Virus record (IMG/VR): IMGVR_UViG_3300032030_000041
Location: 1 to 64,000 of that record
From: a virus
Taxonomy: Duplodnaviria; Caudoviricetes
Reading direction: 5' to 3' (one strand)
Length of the DNA: 64,000 nucleotides
The notes under the pieces were generated by a model that was not told the origin of the DNA, ran no database searches, and was given only the letters and a program-made list of their open reading frames with translations. Below, in pieces: positions 15,895-28,087 of this stretch; position 1 is the stretch's first letter, and each line of letters begins with the position of its first letter. The translations under genes were made by a program, and so were the position numbers.

Positions 15895-16344
15895 ATGACG
15901 TTCGAAACCATGATTACCCTGTACAATCTCCTCTCCGCTTCTCACCTGTACATTCTCGGGTTCGCGGTGGAAAACGTTCTGTATTATGCAATGATGGATT
16001 TCGAAACGCTCGCTCGTTATATGAAAATGGATAGGGCTTCGAGCAAGCGCGGAGGGTTCGCAAAACTCCGGATAAAGCTAACGAGGGAACAAAAAACCGA
16101 ATTACTCCGGATGGCGAAACAGTGCGGAACGGTTGCCGACTTGACCGGAATGGACAAGTACAACAAGGGCGAGAATTTCGAAAGAGTGATCACCGAATTA
16201 CTCACCGGAGAAAAATGGGTGAAGGATTCCGTCCCCTTCAATGTCGCCGGAGATATAGTTCTTAACGGGGAAAACGTTCAAATCAAGTTTGACGGCGCGG
16301 AAATCACAAACGAAAAACTCCTTACAAAACTCACCGCAAGGTGA
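15895..16344 (+). CDS. PD-(D/E)XK-like nuclease-fold protein; paralog of 12927-13370
   Basis: Shares DRASSKRGGFAK, NKGENFER, WVKDSVPF-VAGDI and QxKxDGAExTNE blocks; promoter 15835-15865. Confidence 0.75.
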   Translation: MTFETMITLYNLLSASHLYILGFAVENVLYYAMMDFETLARYMKMDRASSKRGGFAKLRIKLTREQKTELLRMAKQCGTVADLTGMDKYNKGENFERVITELLTGEKWVKDSVPFNVAGDIVLNGENVQIKFDGAEITNEKLLTKLTAR

Positions 16345-16377
16345 GTTTTTCCTTTTACCAAAAAATACATCTTTTAT

Positions 16378-16609
16378 ACTTTAATGTGCTAAAGTTGAAC
16401 AATTGAACAAACGTTCAAATGTTGTCCGATTATATTTGATCAAATATAATTTGATGCCACTTTAACGTGCTAAAGTGTTTAATACTTTAATGCGCTAAAG
16501 TGTTTCGTACTTTAATGTACTAAAGTCTTTCGTACTTTAATGTGCTAAAGTGGGCGCCACTTTCATACTTTAGTGTACTAAAGTGGGCGCCACTTTAACG
16601 TGCGAAAGT
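16378..16609. repeat. array of seven ACTTTA-N6-TAAAGT boxes (mostly 25-bp period) plus a perfect 22-bp palindrome
   Basis: Copies at 16378, 16459, 16484, 16509, 16534, 16567, 16592; ATTATATTTGATCAAATATAAT at 16429-16450. Confidence 0.9.
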
Positions 16610-16907
16610 GCGTTTACCAAATTGTACATCCCGGGGTCGGTCCGCAAATACCAAATTGTACAAATTCGGGACATAGGGTGGTCGGGTGCGATGAAAATGA
16701 TGTTTGATCTGGTCTGATACCAAATTGGACATGCCTGAAAGCCTTGATTTTCAACGGTTTCAGGGCTCAGCGCCCAGCAGCCCAGCAAATCCAGCACCCC
16801 GGGGCTAGCTTTCAGGAAAATCTGAGCTTGTGACATGTCGGATCTGGGGGCGTCCACATTTTCCACCAACCCTTTTAAAATTAAACCCAAATTATCAAGT
16901 CAAACAC

Positions 16908-16937
16908 TTGACAAACCCTAATCCTATATGATAAAAT
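16908..16937 (+). promoter_or_regulatory. sigmaA-type promoter of the packaging/virion operon
   Basis: TTGACA-N18-TAAAAT with extended -10 TG. Confidence 0.65.
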
Positions 16938-16963
16938 AAAAACAAAGGAGGTGTTGAAATGAA

Positions 16964-18256
16964 ATGAAAAAACCATATTCATTAGATTACACCATTGAAA
17001 GAGACACCGATCGTCTAAAGTTAGTTGAGGGGATTTTAGATACTTTGGATCACGATCCATCTGAAACCGATATAGAGCAAATGGCCACCTACATTCTATA
17101 CGGCAAAGATGAAAATGGACTTTCCTCTTTGCGCCGAGGCGAAGTCTATGATAACTCCAAACGCTATAATTCCTTTAAAACTTCCGATGACTATGTGGTA
17201 TCGCTTGATGAGATACTGGAAAATCCAGCAACCGACGAGCAAGAGTTTAGAAGTGCATACAAGCGCGACGTATATAAAAAATCTACCCCAGTTATTAGGC
17301 GTCCAAAGTACGACAAAAAAACTGGTGAACTTATTGACCCAGGAGACTCCGATATTCCAGGCATGATAGAACTATGGGAACGCCTTGACCATTTCGACAA
17401 ATGGATTCATATTTTACAAGGCAAATTGCCGCCAGACGAGAACTTTCTTCTCTTTGAAGACGATTATCGTCTTTACCGCCTAAAGCATAACCTAATTGAT
17501 ATGAAAAGAACGCAATACTATTTGAAAGATGTGTATAAGCCGCAGCTTCATTTCCAAAAACTAGATCATCCAAAAGCTCAATTTTATGATTGGGATGGCG
17601 CCGCAGCCTATTGGATTCCTTACGCAGAGTGGGAGTAGCGTGTATCCCATTCCTATACAACTCGCATTTCGCGCAACCTAGCAGACTATGAGACGCGAGG
17701 GGAGGGGGATAACTTAGAGGTAAAATGGGTTATATGCGTCCATAACTTTGATTGGGAGAATCCTAAGCATGTTTACGCACTTATGAATCATTATCTACCG
17801 CTAAAGGAGCAGCTAAAGGATAAGTTGGATACATACGGGCGCTGCCTTATTTGGGATTTAGAGCGTTACGTAGAAATGACCCCATTAACTCCAATTCGCC
17901 GCGCCATTGTAGATAAGGTAATGCAGCAAACGCCGCGAGAAGATATACGCGACCAACTAATGCAGGAATTCGGCTTTACTTACAATACATTTTATTTAAG
18001 TACAATTATTGCTAACGATATTCCAAAAGAAATTGCGCGAACCGCCGCAAAGCATCGAATATTGTGTGAAACGCCCGCCAGCCAACGTAAAGTTTGTAAA
18101 CGGTGCGGCCGCATTTTGCCTCGTCATCCACTCTTTTTTACTAAAAATTCGGGCCGCAAAGACGGTTTCCAATCGCGCTGCCGCGAATGTGAGCGCCAAC
18201 TTCGTATTGAGAAAGGGGAGGTGTTGAGAATAGATGGAAGACAAAAAACTACGTAA
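16964..18256 (+). CDS. hypothetical protein with C-terminal Zn finger, 430 aa (1 TAG read through)
   Basis: ORFs 16964-17638 and 17783-18256 are in frame across one TAG; CKRC...CREC. Confidence 0.8.
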
Positions 18257-19178
18257 ATGTTTGCGCTGCAAGCAGGAAAAACCAATTACTGCGTTTGCCG
18301 AAACCTCTTGCCGCTTCTTTCCAGGCCATCGTTCCTTATATTGTACCTCATGCCTTGAGGCCACAACGCCACAAGACAATTTAGGCGAAGTTGACCGCGT
18401 GCTGCGCTGGCTCGACCTTCCATTCGATCTTAACAAATGGACATAGCTGTATGAGCAACATAAAGACCATACATTTACAGCCTACTTTAACTTACTATAT
18501 GACGACCATTATGAAGGTTTAAAATGGCAGGATGAAAATACTAGATGGGAAATAGCGCGAAAAGAGGGCACAATTAATGATGAGATTAAGGCCATTTCTG
18601 AAGGGCAAATGCGCCATTTAAAAAAGGTATGGGGTGCCGAATACGAACCACATGAACTTCTTTGGCTTGAAGACTTTTATAATAAGATCGTTGCCACCCA
18701 AAATGTATCAACTCCTATTCTATAGGAAAAAGCCCGTGATTTTTGTGAGCTTTAGTTACATATAAAGTAGGGACTGCGCCAAAACATTGATGTTTCTAAG
18801 ATGATGAAGCAAGCAGATGATATTGTTAAGACATACCATTTTGAGGCATCGAATGCTAAATCTGCGGCGGATTTTGAATCTGTTGGAGAGCTTATGGTTT
18901 ACTATGGTAAAAAAGGATGGCATCCAAATTGGCATACTGAACCGCAAGACTCCGTTGACTTTATGATGGAAAATATTCAAAACTATTTGAAGCGGCTTGT
19001 AATGAATGAAGGCAATTTTGCTGAATAGGTTGAAGATAAACGTGCTCGATATAATATGACTGAACGTCTTGAAGAAATTGAAAATGAAAAAGTTGATTTC
19101 GACGAAACAGCAGATATTGAATATGAAGATGATGGCGCGCTCGCGGCAGAACTCTAGGGAGGGGGCTTAGATGAATGA
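18234..19178 (+). CDS. Zn-finger protein, candidate terminase small subunit, 314 aa (TAG recoded)
   Basis: Frame open to TGA at 19178 apart from TAGs; CLRC...CTSC; directly upstream of TerL. Confidence 0.65.
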
Positions 19179-20961
19179 AAATATAGAAGAGTCCCTGTCT
19201 CGTGATGGTACTATTATTGAAAAAGGCGTTACGCTAACACGCGACTTTTTGGATAAAAATGAAAATCTATTTACTAAGTATTTAAACTTATGGATATTAT
19301 ATCCTGACCTATTGTTAGATACAATATAGGATACAATTGATGCAAAGAACTTCCATTTAATGCCATTTCAGCGAATAGAATTGCGTGCGGCAATGAGATA
19401 TAGGTATACGTTTTGGACTGCTACGCGTGCTACCTCTAAATCATTTACAGCATACCTAAGTGCTTTTTTGCGTGCTGTGCTCTTACCCGGCTCTACTATA
19501 ATGATTGCGTCGGATACCAAGGGTACGGTTATTAAAATAGCAGAAGCGAAATTTGAAGAAATTTTCCGGCATTGGCCCTTATTGCGTAAAGAGTTAAAAA
19601 CGCGCGCAGATGATGGAAAGACTGGACAAAAAGCAAGTACCAACTACTATGAGTTGTATTTAAAAAATGGCAGTATGATTTCTGTTGTCTCTAAAGATAC
19701 ATCTCGTGGATTGCGTGCGACTGCAGCAATTCTAGAAGAAGCAGCACTAATTGAGGAAGTGCCATTTAATGAAGTGCTTTGGCCGCAAATGAACATCGCT
19801 CGTAGAGAAGTCGATGGCAGCCTAAATCCAGACGAGCCATCGGCAACGCAGATTTTTATTACTACTGCCGCCTCTCGTACAGTATTTATGTATTAGAAAC
19901 TTATTGAGATTACCGTAAACGCAGTCTTGCGTCCAAAAGAGTACTTCTCATGGGGTCTTTCTTATGAAGTACCATTACATTATGGACTGCTAGATAAAGC
20001 GACATTAATGGATCAACGTTATTCTAATACGGTTTCTGAAGAATCCTTCGCGCGAGAATCGCTATCAATATGGAGCGGTAATAATGCCGATGCTTGGCTA
20101 GATAGCCGCAGACTCAGCCATTATCGCCGCTTATTAAAATGCGAACGTAAGGCTATGATTAATGATAGCAATCCCGATGCTTGGTATGAAATTGGAATTG
20201 ACGTAGGTAGATATCATGCAAATACAGCTATTATGGTCATTAAGGTGCTACCAGGCGAATAGCGCTTTAGGAAAAATGTCGTATATACTGAAGTAATTAA
20301 TGGTGAAAACTTTATTACTGAGTAGGCGCCACGCATTAAAAAGTTAATTTCATTATATAACCCGCGCGAAGTTGTTATTGACGGTAACGGCCCAGGTATT
20401 GGTTTAATGGACGCTATGGCGCTGCCTTCTTACAGCAGCCATACGGGCGAATAGTTCCCTGCTTATTTTACCTTTAACAATGAAAATCATTTACCGCCAG
20501 AATTAAAGGCTGAACAAGAAACACCTGTACCTGCTTATAATGCTATTTTATATGATATTAAGGCTAGTGCTTCAAATGAAGATGAAATCCATTCTGCATT
20601 TCTTTCTGCAATTAATACTGGTTCAGTATCGTTTCTAGCGCATGAAAGAATTGTTAAAGAAAAAATAATGAAAACGAAAAAAGGTGCCAAAATGACGCCT
20701 TACGATAGGCGCATATTCTTGATGCCATATGAAATGACTTCTCGACTGATGGACGAGCTTAATAACTTGCGTCTAAAGCCAACAGGAGTCGAAAATAAAT
20801 TTAAGGTTGAAAGAATTTCTAGGTCAATTGAGAAAGACCGCTTTAGTTCTCTAGAATACGCTTTGTATAGAATTAAATACTATGAAGATAAAGAAATTTT
20901 TAAAAAACGGAAGAAAAAGATAAATCAATATGCTTTCTTCAGTCCTAAAAGTAGGGGGTGA
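19171..20961 (+). CDS. terL: terminase large subunit, 596 aa (TAG recoded)
   Basis: Walker A-like ATRATSKS, Walker B ILEEA, FITTA motif III, nuclease GIDVG, IDGNG and KDRFS; fragments in one frame. Confidence 0.9.
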
Positions 20962-20966
20962 GGTTT

Positions 20967-22490
20967 ATGAGTTCTTTCAAACCATATGTTAATTTCGCTA
21001 AACAAAATCGTATCATGCCGGTACCAATTGATAGCTATCGTGTTAGTCGCTATGGCGCGAATAGCCGTATCAATTCAGTAGGACAACACGATTTTTCTTT
21101 AGAAGAAATTGAACAAATAATTCGTTCTGGCGATTTAGATTCACTACGACAATTATCTCGCTATTATTATCGTACAAACAGTGAATATCGCGAGAACATT
21201 GATTACCTAGCCACCTTACCTTACTATGATACAATTGTCACCCCTATCTTTGAGGAAGGCAAGGGTTCTAAGGCTTAGATTATTAAAGCATTCTATAATG
21301 CTTGTACTTTTGTAGACGATTTAGATATCCGCAATACTTTAACTCGTATTACAAAAGCATGGTTAATTAATGGTATGTATAATGGTATTCTGCGTCAGGT
21401 TGGGAGTAAATTTGCTATTTAGGATCTCCCACTAGAATTTTGCCGCACGAGATTCAAGGATTATAATAATTTAAATATTCTTGAATTTAACGTAACCTAT
21501 TTTGAACGTAAGTTTTCTGATGATGAGGAAAGAGCGCGCATACTTTTAACCTTTCCAGAGGTTGTACAAAAGGCGTGGAGAAATTGGAAAGACAAGAAAA
21601 CAAGTGATCCATGGGTTATGATTTCATCCGCGGACGGCGGCATAAATTTTTGTTTTGCTGATGACCAGACACCATTACTCATTGCTGCAATACCTCAATT
21701 ACGTAAACTTAAAGACGCAGTTGGCCGCGAAGAAAAGCGGGATGAAAACGAACTATACAAATTACTAATTTAGCGCATGCCGATAGATAATAACGGCGAA
21801 TTAGTATTTGAATTAGAAGAAGTTGAAGATATCCACGCAGGAGTAGCGGAAATGCTCAAAGACTTAGATACTGTAGATGTATTGACTACTTTTGGAGAAA
21901 CTACATTAGAGAATCTTTAGGATTCCTCTGCGGCATCTCAGTCTGCAGATCGTATTGATAAGTATGCAAAGAATGCTTGGAATGCTCTAGGAAGAGGCTC
22001 AATTCTGTTTAACGCTGAGAATAGTTCTACTCTCGCGTATAGCATAAAGAAGGATGAAAGTCTTATGAAAGGTTATCTAAACGTATATAGTACGTGGATA
22101 AGATTTCAAATTAATCATAGGTTTTCCCGTACCGGGCTATAGTTTGGCTTTGAAATCTTACCCACTACTATGTTTAACATTAAAGATTACCAGAGCATGT
22201 ATTTCTAGGGTGCACAGTTTGGCTATTCTAAGATGCGTGCTGGCGTTGCTAGCGGCATTGATCAATTAGCTTAGTTAAGTCTAATGAATTTTGAAAATGA
22301 CTTCCTTCACATGGCGGATAAGATGATACCATTATAGTCTGCCTATACTACTCCTGGTGGCGAAAATTCAGGTAGTGGCGGTGGAAGTAAAAAAACTTCG
22401 GTAACTGTGAACAATCAAGGTGGCCGTCCAGAGTTACCCGATGAAGAGAAATCTGAGAAGACTCAGGCCAATATTGCGGCCATGGGTTAA
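20967..22490 (+). CDS. portal protein, 507 aa (TAG recoded)
   Basis: Follows TerL; one frame to TAA; PL[Q]SAYT...GGRP C-terminus typical of portals. Confidence 0.8.
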
Positions 22491-22501
22491 GGAGAATTAA
22501 G

Positions 22502-23779
22502 ATGGATAGACAAGTACCAATTTATTTTGATAGCGTTGTCATCGCTTCTCCTACAACGCCAATTTCTAGTAGTAACCCAGAGCTAGGCCGCTTAAAGGTT
22601 GGTGTTTTCACAAAATATGGGAATCGTAATGGTTCTTATATTACAGATGAAATCGCAGAACAACTTATTGCCAGCGCGACCATGGGCAACACCCCAGTTG
22701 TTGGATTTTTTGACCCAGAATCCAAAAGCTGGGCAGGGCACACGGGTCCACTACTAGCTAGCGCTTATGGCTATGTAGAATCATTTGAAGGGTGGCAGCC
22801 TTTTACTGATACAGATGGAGTTGAGCGCGAATACGCTGTCTTTTCTGTAGTAATTTTTAACAAATATTTCGATGAAGCTAAATTAGTTGTTGGATAGCAT
22901 CAATCAATGGAATTAGATAGGGATAGTATTGAAGGAGACTGGGCGAATATTGATGATAATGAATATTTCGTCTATACTAAAGCTTCTATAATGGGGCTAT
23001 GCATTATAGGAGAACATGAGCCTTGCTTCTCTGTATCTACATTCTTCTCTAAGGACGATGATAAATATGCATCCCAATATGAAAAGTTCTCTTCACTTTT
23101 ATCCGGCTTGAAGGAATTAGTCGAAGAGACGGAAAAACAACCAAAGGGAGGAGAACAACCTATGGACAATTTTGAAAATAACTTAGGTACTCCCGCAGAA
23201 GAGCCTGTAGCTCAGGTTGCAGATGTCGAGCAGCCCGTTGAGGATAGCACGCCTACTGCAATTGAACCAGAACTACCTTTAGTAGATGATCCGGCTTTAG
23301 CAGAGCCAGCAGACGAATCTGCGGATGAGCCAATTGATTTTGAAGCTCTTCAGAACTCTATTACGGAATTAACAAACACTAATACTGAGCTAAGTACCAA
23401 TTATGAGAATGCTCAGAATCGTATTGCTGAGTTAGAGCAGGCACTTGCCGATGCTACTGCCGCAAATGAAACCGCAAATAATCGCATTACTGAATTAGAA
23501 AATTCTATTGCTCAGTATGAAGCTGCACAAGCCGCGATTGAAGAAGAGAAGAAAAATCAGTTAATTGAAAAATATGAAAAAGTTATTGACGAAGAAGAAA
23601 TTACTAAAGTTCGCGCGGAAGTTTCTAACTTTACTTATAGCGAGCTAGAAAGTAAACTCGCCATTAGCTTTGCTAACAAGCAGATGATGACTGAAGAAAA
23701 TACAGTTAATGTAATTCCACAGCCTGAACCTGCAGTAAATGAATTCGCACTTCTCATTGAGAAGTACCGTAAGAATTAA
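22502..23779 (+). CDS. prohead protease-scaffold fusion, 425 aa (1 TAG)
   Basis: 22502-22897 and 22907-23779 in frame; GH, QSME and GLCIIG..EPCF protease-like motifs; acidic coiled-coil C-half. Confidence 0.8.
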
Positions 23780-23792
23780 GGAGGAATATGTT

Positions 23793-24443
23793 ATGGCGAT
23801 GAAAAGATTTCCTATTACCAATCCTGTTGGTGATATGGTAGATAAGTATCGTGATCCTGATGAAAAGCTATATGCCAGCCTAGAACTAAACCAGGTAGCT
23901 TTCCCAAAGACTGGCATGGTAGTTTCCCAGACTCCTCTAGGAGAAAACTTTACAAAAGCTGCTCCTTGTGAGAATGGTATGTGGGTCGTAGGCGATAAGG
24001 CTGCTGGTGCTATTAATCCACCAACTGCTGCAACTTCTGCCCCAATTGGTATTGTATATACCACAGAAAAAGAATATGATATGATGCACTATGGTCTACA
24101 GAGGTTTGGCCGCAAGGTTGCTGGCGATTATCCTCGTGTAGGCTTACTAGGTGTTGGCGACACTGTAACCACTAACTGCTTACAGTATGATGACACCGTT
24201 TTCGCAGCGGCTAGCGGCAAGACTGCAGAGCAAGTACTATTAGACGCTCTAAAGGCGATTGATACTACTCCTCTATATGTTGCTATTCATGCTGTTGGAC
24301 AGAACGAAACCGTTTCTGCTGCTAATGCAGTTCCAGAAATTGTAAAGAATATTCCACAATCCGGTATTTATGGCAAGATCGTAAAGTTCTATACCATTCC
24401 TAATGGTGGTCTTGGCGTTAAGTATCAGATTATTAGAATTTAA
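23793..24443 (+). CDS. virion head protein (decoration/cement-like), 216 aa, TAG-free
   Basis: AAGGAGG SD; lies between scaffold and capsid; ELNQVAF and ENGM motifs. Confidence 0.7.
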   Translation: MAMKRFPITNPVGDMVDKYRDPDEKLYASLELNQVAFPKTGMVVSQTPLGENFTKAAPCENGMWVVGDKAAGAINPPTAATSAPIGIVYTTEKEYDMMHYGLQRFGRKVAGDYPRVGLLGVGDTVTTNCLQYDDTVFAAASGKTAEQVLLDALKAIDTTPLYVAIHAVGQNETVSAANAVPEIVKNIPQSGIYGKIVKFYTIPNGGLGVKYQIIRI

Positions 24444-24460
24444 TAGGAGGTGCGAACGTT

Positions 24461-25579
24461 ATGGATAATCTACACATTTTAATGAACGGCGTATTTGGAC
24501 GTAAAGTTCCTGCTGAGTTCGCAGCCGCCGATTATGATTATGAAGCTGCTCTACGTGATGAGCTAGCTAAGTTAATGACTAAGGATGGACGTCATTTTAA
24601 TCGTCATGTCTTTAATCGTAATAAGGATGACATTTTTGAGCTACTTGAGCAGAATCTAGAGGAAGTTCTACCACAGAGTGTACAGTCTGCTCTAGATATG
24701 TTCGTTGAGACTCTACATTTCTAGCAGGGCACTCGTCCTGAGTTCCGTGTAACTCGTGGCAAGCAGAGGGGCAAGCAGTTTGTTACCCGTGCTACTGAGT
24801 CTGGTAACTATGAGACCTTTAGACTAGATCGTGATCGTTTTGATGTTTACATTCAGGCCATTGGTGGTGCTGGATACGTAGACTTTGAGCGTTATCTCGA
24901 TGGTCTAGAGAGCATGACCGATATCTATGAAGTAATTCAGGAAGGTATTGTTGATCGTCTATTTGAGATGGTTCAGGAATGCTTACTAGCTTCTTGGAAT
25001 GCTGCTGGTCGTCCTTCTCGCAATAAGGTTGCGGCTAATACCTTTAATCCTATTGCTATGAAGAAGCTCTGCAACACTGTTGCGGCTTATGGCACTCCAG
25101 TTATTTATTGCACACCTGAATTTGCTGCTGAGATGGTAAATGCTATTGTTTATAGTAATGCTAATCCAAGCTGGGTTGGTGGAAAGATTTCTGATCAGGA
25201 TATGATTGATATTCGTGAACGCGGATACATTGGCAAGTTCCAGGGTGTATCAGTTATTGTTATGCCTCAGTCCTTTACTGATGAAACCAACTCTAAGACT
25301 GTTATGAATCCATCTTTTGCTTATGTCCTACCATCTGGTAAGGAAAAGCTAATCAAGATGGCTTTCGAAGGATCTCCATACTTCCGTGAGTGGGATGATC
25401 ATGAGGGCGACAATTCTTTCACCCTACAGGGCTATGTAAAGGTTGGTGTCGGCATGTTCTCTATGCCCAACTATTGGGGAATCTATTACAATGCGGCACT
25501 AGATGCAGACAGCGGCTGGAAAGCTTACAACCAGAGTCTAGTTCCGAAGTTCGACGACAATACTAACAACAATCAGTAA
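24461..25579 (+). CDS. major capsid protein, 372 aa (single TAG at 24722-24724)
   Basis: Two ORFs in frame; size, position, strongly biased codons, downstream terminator. Confidence 0.85.
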
Positions 25580-25594
25580 TTGATTGATAACCAC

Positions 25595-25630
25595 TGGGGT
25601 GGGTGATTTACTCACCCGCCCCATTTTTTT
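25595..25630 (+). terminator. intrinsic terminator after the capsid gene
   Basis: TGGGGTGGGTGA/TCACCCGCCCCA plus T7. Confidence 0.85.
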
Positions 25631-25658
25631 CTTTTGGAGATAAAAGGAGGAATTTATT

Positions 25659-26102
25659 ATGAGTAAAATTACATTAACTAATGTTGGCACGGCAACCGTA
25701 TCACTATTTTTCCCAAATATTAAGTGGAGTCGTGATTTAACACCCGGACGTGCTGTTCCTGTGTCACAGGAAGATTATGAAGAAATGACTTTTGATCCTG
25801 GCTTTATGGCTCTTGTTAATGGACACTTCATTAAAGTTGAGGGTCTTGCAGAGGATGAGCAGGTTGAAGAAGTAGGCACTGTAGTGAGTGCTACTGATAT
25901 TGCAGCTATGTTTGATAAGAATGATGTCACTAGCTTTGCGAAATTTATTCCTAATGCTACCGAATCTGAAAAGGATTCTGTTGTAAAGATTGCAGTAGAT
26001 AAAGGAATCACCAGTCCTGCATTTGTTGCTTTAATTAAGAAATATTGTGATGTTGATATTATTAATGCTATTAATATGAAACATCAGGCAGAAGAGAAGT
26101 GA
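25659..26102 (+). CDS. hypothetical virion-module protein, 147 aa
   Basis: AAAGGAGG SD; intact ORF. Confidence 0.8.
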   Translation: MSKITLTNVGTATVSLFFPNIKWSRDLTPGRAVPVSQEDYEEMTFDPGFMALVNGHFIKVEGLAEDEQVEEVGTVVSATDIAAMFDKNDVTSFAKFIPNATESEKDSVVKIAVDKGITSPAFVALIKKYCDVDIINAINMKHQAEEK

Positions 26103-26107
26103 TTTAA

Positions 26108-26590
26108 ATGGCGACCCCTTTCTTAAAAGTTTATGACGCTTTTTTGGCGCGGATAACCGCAGATGAATGGACATTGGAGGAAGAGCTCGCCATTGTTGAA
26201 CGAGATTGGCAAGAACTTCTCAAAATGGCTATTGAACGTTTTAAATATCCACGTATTAGTTTAGAAATGGAAGAGTTAGAACAGTCAGAAAGTGATAATC
26301 CTATTACAGTGATGCAATTTAAAGAGGATTTAACTAATGCAGAAATATAGATGCTTGCGCTTTATATGAAGCATGAATGGGTTAAACGCTGTATTGCTAG
26401 TTGGGAAAATATACGTTAGTTATATGTTGACAGTGATTATTCTCAAGCTAACCACCTTGATAAATTAAATAAGCTTGAATCTCAAGTCGCGCTAGAGGTT
26501 CATAAAGCAGAGGGACGATATGATAGATCGCGTAACCATAGTCCAGCCGCAATCTTTAGACGATTGGCCGGAAAGCAAAAATATATCTAA
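26108..26590 (+). CDS. putative head-tail adaptor, 160 aa (2 TAG)
   Basis: Frame continues through TAGs to TAA at 26590; position; DYSQANHL motif. Confidence 0.65.
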
Positions 26591-26855
26591 TGAAACTTTT
26601 GATGGTTATTTAAATAAATTAAAAGGCCGATTATATGGTCTTTTATGTGAGCGCGAAAAAGGTGGCGAATGGGTTAAATTTCTTGATTCTATTACAATAG
26701 AATTAATAGGACTTGGCGCGAATAGTATTAATTGGTGGGCATTGATAGGAAAAATCAATTCCTTGCGCTATTTAACATATGAACACTTTAGGCGTACTAT
26801 ATTTGAAAGTATGCATTTAGTGGATGGATTAGAGGCTCCAGATGAATTATCTTGA
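26520..26855 (+). CDS. hypothetical neck-region protein, 111 aa
   Basis: GAGGG SD; overlaps the upstream gene by 71 bp. Confidence 0.65.
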   Translation: MIDRVTIVQPQSLDDWPESKNISNETFDGYLNKLKGRLYGLLCEREKGGEWVKFLDSITIELIGLGANSINWWALIGKINSLRYLTYEHFRRTIFESMHLVDGLEAPDELS

Positions 26856-28077
26856 AGTATATTATTCGCGCTTAAATCATTTTGGCGAAACTACTGGTGA
26901 ACGTATAACTAATGGAGGTATTCGTACTTTTCAGCGATGGAAAAATGAATCTCCACATACAGTCTCTACTCTTTCTGTAGAGCGTGGATTATATTTTGAT
27001 GGCATTATTTTACAAAGTAAGGATAAGACATATTAGAAGATTATGCATTTAAATGTCTCTAACGATATTCCTATTAAGGTTGGAGACATTATGAATTGGC
27101 CGCAAAATGATGGGTCAATTGAGAAATGGCTTTTACTTTCAGAGGAAAAGAAAGTAAATGGCACTTATCGTACTTTTGATATATTGAAATGTAACTATTT
27201 GATTAAATGGATTAATAATAAAGGATACTTGCGGCAATCTTGGGCATATGTACTTAGTTCTACAGATGACAAGATTAAGGGAAACTTTCGTACTTGGCAT
27301 AATTTAATCTCACCTCAACCGAATAAGTATGTAGAGATTATTATGCCACGGCCTATAGATGAGCATTCCGAAGTTATTAATACAGTAGATCGCGGAACAA
27401 ACTTTATTATCGAAGATGAGAGTTGGAAAATGGTTGAAGCTGACTTTACTAGCGTGTCTGGTATAATTTACATGTCTTTAACCGAAAATAAGGTTAATAA
27501 TGAATATGATGATTTAAACGTAGATGTTGCAGATATAGATAAATTATTATTTCCTACGCTAGAACCAGTATACAATATTGGAGATGAGATTATTCCTAAT
27601 TTCACGGAATAGACATTAAATGAATGGGAAATTGTATTAACACCTATTCAAAATGAAGAGTATGTAGCATTCAATGAAGCTGGACATTTAGTGGCTTAGG
27701 CCGCAGGAAATGCGATTATTCAAATGCGGCTTAAGAATATTGGTATAGATGATCCTAGACGTGCTATTGTAAAAGAATATTAGATTGTAATTAAGGCTAG
27801 TACGGATGAAGGATCATTATATATTTACGGGCCGGATAAGCTGCGGCTCGACCGCTATGGTAACTATTCTTTGGTAAATGAAGGCGCAGAAGACACAGCC
27901 TTATCTGACGTTAGCATATCTATATCAGACGGCGTTGATTTGGCTTCGATAGTACCGTCTGGTAATATATATGTATTACATGCTAATAATAAAAATAAAC
28001 TAGGTAAGCTTACTTTAACCGCAACTTATAATAATAAAGTTTATACTAAAACAGTTGAAATAATTCCATTATGGTGA
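26842..28077 (+). CDS. putative head-closure protein with C-terminal Ig-like domains, 411 aa (TAG recoded)
   Basis: Three ORF fragments in one frame; beta-rich C-terminus (GKLTLTATY..KTVEIIPLW). Confidence 0.65.
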
Positions 28078-28087
28078 GGTGAATAAA

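Noticed and set aside
16378-16609. CRISPR array
   Set aside because: Repeats are 18 bp with ~7-bp linkers and vary internally; no spacer-sized unique sequences and no cas genes
26560-26600. Programmed frameshift joining 26108-26590 to 26520-26855
   Set aside because: No canonical slippery heptamer, and the downstream ORF has its own SD-ATG at 26520
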